Notes under the pieces: generated by a model
Database searches by the model: none
What the model saw: the letters and a program-made list of their open reading frames with translations, nothing else
What the model was told of the DNA's origin: nothing
In this document: in pieces, positions 22,339-31,690 of the stretch
Numbering within the stretch: the first letter of the stretch is position 1
Layout: every line of letters starts with the position of its first letter
Program-made: the position numbers and the translations under genes
NCBI GenBank assembly: GCA_002269645.1
Contig: NIVC01004515.1
Coordinates: 1-43,542 of the forward strand
Reading direction: 5' to 3'
DNA length: 43,542 bases
Origin: Macrostomum lignano
Lineage: Eukaryota

Positions 22339-25300
22339 TTAAAACGATTGGTGATAATGAGAGTTGAATTTTTGAAATTTGCCAAACTTTTGCCTGTGGT
22401 CTTGTCTGTGCTGTTGCTGTTGTTGCTGCTGCTGCGGCGGCTGCTGGTACATCTGCTGAAATGGCGGACCCTGCGGCGGCGGCGGCGGCGGCTGTTGCTG
22501 CTGTCTCTGCAAATAGGATCGATTCTTGTGATGGAGAGTTTTCTTATGCAGACGAAACGATTGACAATCGCTGCTAGGGGTGGCCGTGACGGCGGCGGCT
22601 GCCACAGCAGCGGCAGCGGAGGCAGCGGCCGCGGCGGCTGCGGTGGCGGCTTTCAGGTGTTCAGCAGATTCGTAGTGCCGTTTAGCCGCAGCCAGAGTGC
22701 AGATTTGAATGTTGCAGGAGCTGCAGACTATTGGCGACTGACCGGTCTGGCGCAGGCGGGCGATTTATGGGAAGCTAGTGAAATTATTTTTCCAGTATTT
22801 TCAGTTCTTATTCTTTAATCCTAGGCTCCTAGAATTCGTGGACTAAAGAGTTTTTCTTAGAATGAGTGTCAAAAAGGCATTTCTTAGAAACAGTTCTTAG
22901 AAAATTGAAGGCAAGCTTCTAAGAAACAAACAAGACAAATTTCCAAGAAACAGTAAGGGCAAGATTCTTAAAAACAATTAAAGCGAGATTCTTAGAAACA
23001 ACCAAGACAATATTCTAAGAAACAATCAGGACAAGATTCTTAGAAACAATTAAGAAAAAATTCTTAGAAACAATCACAACAAGACTTAGCTACAGTCAAG
23101 ACAAGATTCTAAGAAAAAATCACGACAAGATTCTTAGAAACATTCATGACGAGATTCTTAGAAACAACCAAGACAATATTCTAAGAAACAATCAGGACAA
23201 GATTCTTAGAAACAATTAAGAAAAAATTCTTAGAAACAATCACAACAAGACTTAGCTACAGTCAAGACAAGATTCTTAGAAACAATCACGACAAGACTTA
23301 GCAACAGTCAAGACAAAAAACAATCACGACAAGACTTAGCAACAGTCAAGACAAGAAATCACGACAAGACTTAGCAACAGTCAAGACAAAAAACAATCAC
23401 GACAAGACTTAGCAACAGTCAAGACAAGAAATCACGACAAGACTTAGCAACAGTCAAGACAAGAAATCACGACAAGACTTAGCAACAGTCAAGACAAAAA
23501 ACAATCACGACAAGACTTAGCAACAGTCAAGACAAGAAATCACGACAAGACTTAGCAACAGTCAAGACAAGAAATCACGACAAGACTTAGCAACAGTCAA
23601 GACAAGAAATCACGACAAGACTTAGCAACAGTCAAGACAAGATTCTAAGAAAAAATCACGACAATATTCTTAGAAACATTCATGACGAGATTCTTAGAAA
23701 CAACCAAGACAATATTCTAAGAAAAAATCAAGACAATAAAAACTAAAGACGCTATCTCACCTGCCAAGCTGATTTAGAAGAATGAGCCAGGCCGTTATTA
23801 CTTTTGTTGCCAGGCGGCGAGACAATAGCAACCGTTTCCATAGAAGCTGACTGTTGTTGACAAGGTTGATTAAAGGTATCGATTTTATTTGAAGGTTCAG
23901 CAGTTCCAGCAGAACCGGCCATGTTAGAATGATCCGAATTTGCGTTGGCTGCACCTCTTTCTACCAACGCTGATGAGGCAGCGCCGGTCTGATGACCAGA
24001 CGGGTTCTGCGGTTGCCGAATCCCGTCTCGCTGCTTGGGAAGGCAGTGGGAGGCGATTTTGGGTTGGGGCTCGCTGTGTCACTTTTCTAGTCACTCCAGA
24101 GTCACTCTTCTAGTCACTCCAGAGTCACTCTTCTAGTTACTCCAGAGTCACTCTTCTAGTTACTCCAGAGTCACTCTTCTAGTTACTCCAGAGTCACTCT
24201 TCTAGTCACTCCAGAGTCACTCTTCTAGTTACTCCAGAGTCACTCTTCTAGTCACTCCAGACTCCAGAGTCACTCTTCTAGTCACTCCAGACTCCAGAGT
24301 CACTCTTCTAGTCACTCCAGACTCCAGAGTCACTCTTCTAGTCACTCCAGACTCCAGAGTCACTCTTCTAGTCACTCCAGACTCCAGAGTCACTCTTCTA
24401 GTCACTCCAGACTCCAGAGTCACTCTTCTAGTCACTCCAATATCTTTTTAGCCACTCCCTTCTCTTTCTAGTCACTCCCATCTCTTTCTAGTCACTCCCA
24501 TCTCTTTCTAGTCACTCCGACCTCTTTCTAGTCACTCCCATCTCTTTCTAGTCACTCCCATCTCTTTCTAGTCACTCCCATCTCTTTCTAGTCACTCCCA
24601 TCTCTTTCTAGTCACTCCCATCTCTTTCTAGTCACTCCCATCTCTTTCTAGTCACTCCCATCTCTTTCTAGTCACTCCCATCTCTTTTTAGTCACTCCCA
24701 TCTCTTTCTAGTCACTCCCATCTCTTTCTAGTCACTCCCATCTCTTTCTAGTCACTCCCATCTCTTTCTAGTCACTCCCATCTCTTTCTAGTCACTCCCA
24801 TCTCTTTTTAGTCACTCCCATCTCCTAATCACTCACTCCAACATGATTCCCAGGCGGTCTCCGATCAAAGCCAGCGGATTCGCTGGGCCGGCCCGCGCCA
24901 GTGTTGGCCAAATGGTTGGGACTGGTCAGATGGCCGCGAATCTCCATAGCCGAAGAGAAGTAGATGCCGCACAGCGAGCAGTGCCGCTGCTGGATCAGAT
25001 GCCGCATGTCCGGGTCGGCGTTCATTGCGGCCACATCGACGCCTTTGAGAAATGTGGCCTGGTCGGTTTTTTAAAATTAAGAAACATAATATGCCATTTA
25101 TAACAATAATGTCACTCCAGTATCTATCCCGTCACATTAATGTCACTCCAGTGTCTATCCCGTCACATTAATGTCACTCCAGTGTCTATCCAGTCACATT
25201 AATGTCACTCCAGTGTCTATCCAGTCACATTAATGTCACTCCAGTGTCTATCCCGTCACATTAATGTCACTCCAGTGTCTATCCAGTCACATTAATGTCA

Positions 25301-27129
25301 CTCCAGTGTCTATCCAGTCACATTAATGTCACTCCAGTGTCTATCCCGTCACATTAATGTCACTCCAGTGTCTATCCCGTCACATTAATGTCACTCCAGT
25401 GTCTATCCCGTCACAATGTCACTCCAGTGTCTATCCCGTCACATTAATGTCACTCCAGTGTCTATCCCGTCACAATGTCACTCCAGTGTCTATCCCGTCA
25501 CATTAATGTCACTCCAGTGTCTATCCAGTCACATTAATGTCACTCCAGTGTCTATCCAGTCACATTAATGTCACTCCAGTGTCTATCCCGTCACAATGTC
25601 ACTCCAGTGTCTATCCAGTCACATTAATGTCACTCCAGTGTCTATCCAGTCACATTAATGTCACTCCAGTGTCTATCCAGTCACATTAATGTCACTCCAG
25701 TGTCTATCCCGTCACAATGTCACTCCAGTGTCTATCCAGTCACATTAATGTCACTCCAGTGTCTATCCAGTCACATTAATGTCACTCCAGTTTCTATCCA
25801 GTCACATTAATGTCACTCCAGTGTCTATCCCGTCACAATGTCACTCCAGTGTCTATCCAGTCACATTAATGTCACTCCAGTGTCTATCCAGTCACATTAA
25901 TGTCACTTCAGTGTCTATCCCGTCACAATGTCACTCCAGTGTCTATCCAGTCACATTAATGTCACTCCAGTGTCTATCCAGTCACATTAATGTCACTCCA
26001 GTGTCTATCCGTCACAATGTCACTCCAGTGTCTATCCAGTCACATTAATGTCACTCCAGTGTCTATCCAGTCACATTAATGTCACTCCAGTGTCTATCCA
26101 GTCACATTAATGTCACTCCAGTGTCTATCCAGTCACATTAATGTCACTCCAGTGTCTATCCAGTCACATTAATGTCACTCCAGTGTCTATCCAGTCACAT
26201 TAATGTCACTCCAGTGTCTATCCCGTCACAATGTCACTTCAGTGTCTATCCAGTCACATTAATGTCACTCCAGTGTCTATCCAGTCACATTAATGTCACT
26301 CCAGTGTCTATCCCGTCACAATGTCACTCCAGTGTCTATCCAGTCACATTAATGTCACTCCAGTGTCTATCCAGTCACATTAATGTCACTCCAGTGTCTA
26401 TCCAGTCACATTAATGTCACTCCAGTGTCTATCCCGTCACAATGTCACTCCAGTGTCTATCCAGTCACATTAATGTCACTCCAGTGTCTATCCAGTCACA
26501 TTAATGTCACTCCAGTGTCTATCCAGTCACATTAATGTCACTCCAGTGTCTATCCCGTCACAATGTCACTTCAGTGTCTATCATGTCTCATTAATGTCAC
26601 TCTCATTGTCTACCCTGTCACATTAATGTCACATGTCTATCCCATCACATTAATATCTAAGGATCTAGTGAATGCCTATCCTATCAGCATGAAAGATTAA
26701 TTTTTCAATTTTAGCCAGCCAGCCGCATACCTCATCGATAGCATTAGCCCTGGCCATCTCCAGGTCGTGCATATTGCTAGTATAATACACTCCATTCCTA
26801 AGCACAGCAACAGGCAAATTCGGCCTATCAGGATTAGACAGCGCCCACTGACGCCTGTGCTTCTGACCATTGAAATGCTGCATAGCGATTGTCGGCGAGC
26901 CTAGCGCAGAGTTACAAATGTGACAATGCGATTCGTTTAATATCTGACGAAACTCCGGCCAGGCGTCCGGTGAAATTTTCAACAATTTATTGCCGCCGAA
27001 TTTCGGGCGCTTCTGATTGCCGCCGCCAAAATGAGCCGCTCGTTTCTTATTACTACTGCCATAGTTATTAGTAGTATGCATAGCATTTGATGAGGGCGGT
27101 CCGCCGCCGCCTCCGTTGCTTGGATTCAT
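22339..27129 (-). CDS. Matrin/U1-type C2H2 zinc-finger protein with three widely spaced fingers (ZMAT/JAZ/ZNF385-like, putative RNA/dsRNA binder); exons 27129-26731, 25058-24837, 24030-23761, 22746-22339
   Basis: Fingers CHICNSALGSPTIAMQHFNGQKH, CSLCGIYFSSAMEIRGHLTSPNH, CSSCNIQICTLAAAKRHYESAEH. All three introns are GT-AG and phase 0 (donors GTATGC 26730, GTGAGT 24836, GTGAGA 23760). The exon-3 acceptor (CAG at 24031-24033) and the start ATG are the least certain. C-terminus is poly-Ala and Gln/Pro-rich. Confidence 0.8.
22850..23735. repeat. Intronic composite repeat: TTCTWAGAA-containing ~24-bp units enclosing 35/38-bp (CACGACAAGACTTAGCAACAGTCAAGACAAGAAAT) units
   Basis: Directly visible in intron 3 of the zinc-finger gene. 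Confidence 0.88.
24078..24440. repeat. Intronic 23-bp (GTCACTCCAGAGTCACTCTTCTA) then 30-bp minisatellite
   Basis: Period 23 from 24090; after ~24250 the unit gains ACTCCAG (period 30). Confidence 0.95.
24441..24825. repeat. Intronic 20-bp minisatellite (TCTCTTTCTAGTCACTCCCA)n
   Basis: Directly visible; abuts the donor at 24836. Confidence 0.95.
25108..26655. repeat. Intronic 31/28-bp minisatellite (GTCACATTAATGTCACTCCAGTGTCTATCCM) with a 31+31+28 = 90-bp higher-order pattern in part
   Basis: Two unit lengths differing by ATT. The 90-bp period gives the 30-aa repeats of ORFs 25779 and 26172. Confidence 0.95.
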
Positions 27130-27269
27130 TTGCTTAGCAACTAAGCTAGCGCCTCTTGGTGTTTGCCAATCTTTTATCGCACACAATTTCTCTCGCTTAA
27201 TTAATCATAAGAAAATTGCAAAACCATTTAGACCATGTCATTTTTAACTAATATAAACTCTTACGATTC

Positions 27270-27955
27270 TGAAAATCATTGTCATAAACTCTAATTTGAC
27301 ATTTTAATAGCTAAGGTCATAGACTCTAATTTGACATTCTTATACCCGTAGCCATAAACTCTAATTTGACATTCTAATAGCTGGGCCATAAACTCTAATT
27401 TGACATTCTAATAGCCAGGGTCATAAACTCTAATTTGAATTTCTAATAGCTGGGGCCATAAACTCTAATTTGACTTTCTAATAGCTGGGGCCATAAACTC
27501 TAATTTGAATTTCTAATAGCCAGGGTCATAAACTCTAATTTGAATTTCTAATAGCTGGGGCCATAAACTCTAATTTGACTTTCTAATAGCTAAGGCCATA
27601 AACTCTAATTTGACATTCTAATAGCTGTGGCCATAAACTCTAATTTGACATTCTAATAGCTAGGGCCATAAACTCTAATTTGACCTTCTAATAGCTAGGG
27701 CCATAAACTCTAATTTGACATTCTAATAGCTAGGGCCATAAACTCTAATTTGACTTTCTAATAGCTAAGGTCATAGACTCTAATATGACATTCTTATACC
27801 CGGGGCCATAAACTCTAATTTGAAATTCTAATAGCTGTGGCCATAAACTCTAATTTGACCTTCTAATAGATAAGGCCATAAACTCTAATTTGACATTCTA
27901 ATAGCTGGGGCCATAAACTCTAACTTGACATTCTAATAGCCAGGGTCATAAACTC
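27270..27955. repeat. 35-bp minisatellite (CCATAAACTCTAATTTGACATTCTAATAGCTRGGG)n upstream of the zinc-finger ATG
   Basis: Directly visible. Confidence 0.93.
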
Positions 27956-28494
27956 CGAACTCTGCTTCACCTTTCACAAGTCATATTGCCATGAGCAGGC
28001 TCATAAGAAAGGAATGCTTAATTGCTTAAACTGAAGCTAGTGAAAGCCTATTTAAAAAAAATAAAAAACAAATTAAAAGAAGCTTACGAATAAAATTCAA
28101 ACCCAAAACATTAACGAATTAAAAGCGCACTTGTCACTTTTTACTTGGTCTTTTCGGAACTATTTTTTTAACATTATTAAACGAAAAACTTTATGAAAAA
28201 GTACTACTTGTTTTAAAGTTGTATTAATTAAGAAAAACATTCTAATTACATTATTATATTATAAACTTATTGCACTACAGCATATTGTGACAAAAATAGA
28301 GAAAAAGAGTATTTAGCATAATGCAGCAAAGCCAATGTTACAATTAATAAGATGCAGCTTGATTACAGCACCACTGGTGAAAAAAACTGACGTAAAATTT
28401 CAATAAGTACCGATTACAGAAAGCAAAAAATGAATATCACTGACCCCAACCCTAAAGAGTATCCCATCATTACCCACACAGAAAACGGTGCTGG

Positions 28495-29716
28495 CCTGAG
28501 CAGTACTGAGCAGCACACAACTCAGTATTTGAGCAGCACTCAGCAGCACACAACTCAGTATTTGAGCAGCACTCAACAGCACACAACTCAGTATTTGAGC
28601 ATCACTCAACAGCACACAACTCAGTATTTGAGCAGCACTCAGCAGCACACAACTCAGTATTTGAGCATCACTCAACAGCACACAACTCAGTATTTGAGCA
28701 GCACTCAACAGCACACAACTCAGTATTTGAGCAGCACTCAGCAGCACACAACTCAGTATTTGAGCAGCACTCAGCAGCACACAACTCAGTATTTGAGCAT
28801 CACTGAGCAGCACACAACTCAGTATTTGAGCAGCACACAACTCAATATTTGAGCAGCACACAACTCAATATTTGAGCAGCACACAACTCAGTATTTGAGC
28901 ATCACTGAGCAGCACACAACTCAGTATTTAAGCAGCACATTCAACTCAATATTTGAGCAACACATTCAACTCAATATTTGAGCAGCACACAACTCAATAT
29001 TTGAGCAGCACACAACTCAATATTTGAGCAACACATTCAACTCAATATTTGAGCAGCACACAACTCAATATTTGAGCAACACATTCAACTCAATATTTGA
29101 GCAGCACATTCAACTCAATATTTGAGCAGCACACAACTCAATATTTGAGCAGCACATTCAACTCAATATTTGAGCAGCACATTTACCTCAATATTTGAGT
29201 AGCACATTCAACTCAGTATTTGAGCAACACATTCAACTCAATATTTGAGCAGCACATTCAACTCAATATTTGAGCAGCACATTCAACTCAATATTTGAGC
29301 AACACATTCAACTCAATATTTGAGCAACACATTCAACTCAATATTTGAGCAGCACATTTACCTCAATATTTGAGCAGTACATTCAACTCAATATTTGAGC
29401 AACACATTCAACTCAATATTTGAGCAACACATTCAACTCAGTATTTGAGCAGCACATTCAACTCAGTATTTGAGCAACACATTCAACTCAATATTTGAGC
29501 AGCACATTCAACTCAATATTTGAGCAGCACATTCAACTCAATATTTGAGCAACGCATTCAACTCAATATTTGAGCAACACATTCAACTCAATATTTGAGC
29601 AGCACATTTACCTCAATATTTGAGCAGTACATTCAACTCAATATTTGAGCAACACATTCAACTCAATATTTGAGCAACACATTCAACTCAGTATTTGAGC
29701 AGCACATTCAACTCAG
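28495..29716. repeat. Minisatellite grading from 33-bp to 23-25-bp units around a CTCARTATTTGAG core, immediately 3' of the SLBP stop codon
   Basis: 33-bp units 28495-28840, shorter units afterwards; the last unit overlaps the TGA at 29713-29715. Confidence 0.95.
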
Positions 29717-30942
29717 TGCTTGAGCTTCTTGGAGGGCGAGTCGGTGAGGGCGGAGGACCTCTTGCGGGTGAGTCTGGGACAGGCGGCTCCCACAGCGAGT
29801 CCCTGAACGTCGCTGGTCAAGCCGCTATGCAGAGCGTCGGGCTGGACGCTGGAGGTGGCGGCAGGTGCAGCGGTGAGGGTCCGAGAGTCGCCGTCTTCAT
29901 CGTCAGTCGGAAGCTTCGCAGGCAGTGGCGGTGGCGTGGACGATGGCGAGGACCGCGGCGAGATGCCAGCGCTGCTGCTGGCTGCGTCATCCCAGCGATG
30001 AAGCTGCAGCTTCCACTGCTTGACGCAGCCGTCCCAGGCTCTGCGGGACATTCGCACGAACTTGTTCGGAGTCCGCGGGTCGCCCTTCTCCCGCAGAGGC
30101 TTCGGCACCGACTTCACGTAGTTCGCGTACGCCGTCAGGTTCTTCGACTTGTCGATGTCGCGCTGCCGACGCAGCAGAACCGCCTCATCGTCCTCCATCT
30201 CGAAGCAGCTGCCGTCTGAGGCGTTTGAGTTCAGCGATGAGTTCAAGTTGCCTCCCACGCTGCTGTTGAGGCTCTGCGACAGCCGCTTCTGCGCCTGCTT
30301 GGCCTCGTAGCGCTGCCTGTCGAGTCGCGTCGTCTCGAACAGCTCGTCCTGCTTGGCCCAGTCCGTGTACATGGGGATGCGCTCCTTCACCTGGGGATGG
30401 GGTGCGGCTGCTCAGTACCTGGGATACCTGGGATGGAATGCACTCATTCACCTGGGGATGGGTTGCGGCTGCTCAGTACCTGGGATACCTGGGATGGAAT
30501 GCACTCCTTCACCTGAGGATGGGGTGCGGCTGCTCAGTACCTGGGATGGGGTGCAGCTGCTGAGTACCTGTGATACCTGGGATGGGGTGCGGCTGCTCAG
30601 TACCTGGGATACCTGGGATGGGGTGCGGCTGCTCAGTACCTGGGATACCTGGGATTGGGTGCGGCTGCCCAGTACCTGGGATACCTGGGATGCTCCCAAT
30701 ACCCCAGCAAGCGCACGCACCTGCCGCAGCTCAATGCTTGGATCATATCGCAGGTGTCTCGGCACCCCGCCAGCCAGGCTGTTCCGCCCACCAGCAAAGC
30801 CGTGGCGCCGACCGCCCCTGCCAGCCGGTGAGGAGCTGGCGGCAGCGGAGGCTGGCAGCGATGGCCGCGAGATTCGACTCCGGGACCTGCTGGTGTCCCT
30901 GCGGCGCTGTGGCGAGGCCGCCTTCCTGTGACGGGTCTCCAT
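29713..30942 (-). CDS. SLBP: Histone RNA stem-loop-binding protein; exons 30942-30721 (may extend to an acceptor at 31002) and 30390-29713
   Basis: EDDEAVLLRRQRDIDKSKNLTAYANYVKSVPKPLREKGDPRTPNKFVRMSRRAWDGCVKQWKLQLHRWD matches the SLBP RNA-binding domain. Phase-0 intron 30720-30391 (CAG/GTGCGT ... CCCCAG/GTG). The N-terminal start is uncertain. Confidence 0.9.
30375..30690. repeat. SLBP intron repeat: 61-bp triplication spanning the 3' splice site plus 36-bp units (CTGCTCAGTACCTGGGATACCTGGGATGGGGTGCGG)
   Basis: TTCACCTG recurs with CAC ending at 30390, 30451 and 30512. Confidence 0.9.
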
Positions 30943-31309
30943 GGGGCTTTTGGGATCCTTGAGATTGACGTTGAGTTCACGGGATGGTTTGGGGCTCGAG
31001 TGCTGCAGAATTACAGGCGGGATCAGAATTGCAGTCTTATCTGGCAACTGAAGTATGCACAATGCCCAGAAGTACTTCTTTAAACACCAATTGGTTTCTA
31101 TTGACCACAAGTGAAAACTAAGGTTCTACATTGATAGGCAATTAAAAAAACTTTATAATCTTTCATCGTCTTATTTACCTACACCCCATTGACTTTCAAA
31201 CTTCGTATCTCCAATGGTAACTTATATATGCTACTGCCAACCAACCCAGACAATTTGGCTAGCACCAAATTGTGTCTGGCAAATCAAAGGGTAAGTTGCA
31301 ATTTTGAAG

Positions 31310-31690
31310 AAAACAGAGATGAGAGAGCAGATAGGTGACAGGAGAGATGAGACAATAGAGTAGAGAAAGTAAATAGGAAAGATGACAAATAAGAGAGTAT
31401 AGATTAGAGATGAGAGAGAAGAGAAGAGACAGGAGAGTAGATAGAAGAGAGGATCAAGACAAGATAGGAGAGATCAGAAATGAGAGCAAAGTAGAAAGAA
31501 GAGAGGAGAGAAGAGAAGAGAGACAAGAGGAGAAAAAGAGATAAGAGATGAGGGGGGGGAGAGGAGAGAAGAGAGAAATGAGAAAAGAGAGCAGAGATAA
31601 AAAAAGAGAATGGAGATGAGAGAAGAGGTGAGAAAACAGACGAGAGATAAGGGGAGAGAGAAGAGAGAAAATAGAAGAGAAGATAGAAGT
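31310..31690. repeat. GA-rich low-complexity tract
   Basis: Almost purely purine on the + strand; ORFs 31454 and 31474 are artefacts. Confidence 0.9.

Noticed and set aside
28430-28852. ATG ORF with LSSTQQHTTQY repeats as a secreted mucin
   Set aside because: Derived from the 33-bp part of the array, antisense to the SLBP 3' region, no signal peptide.
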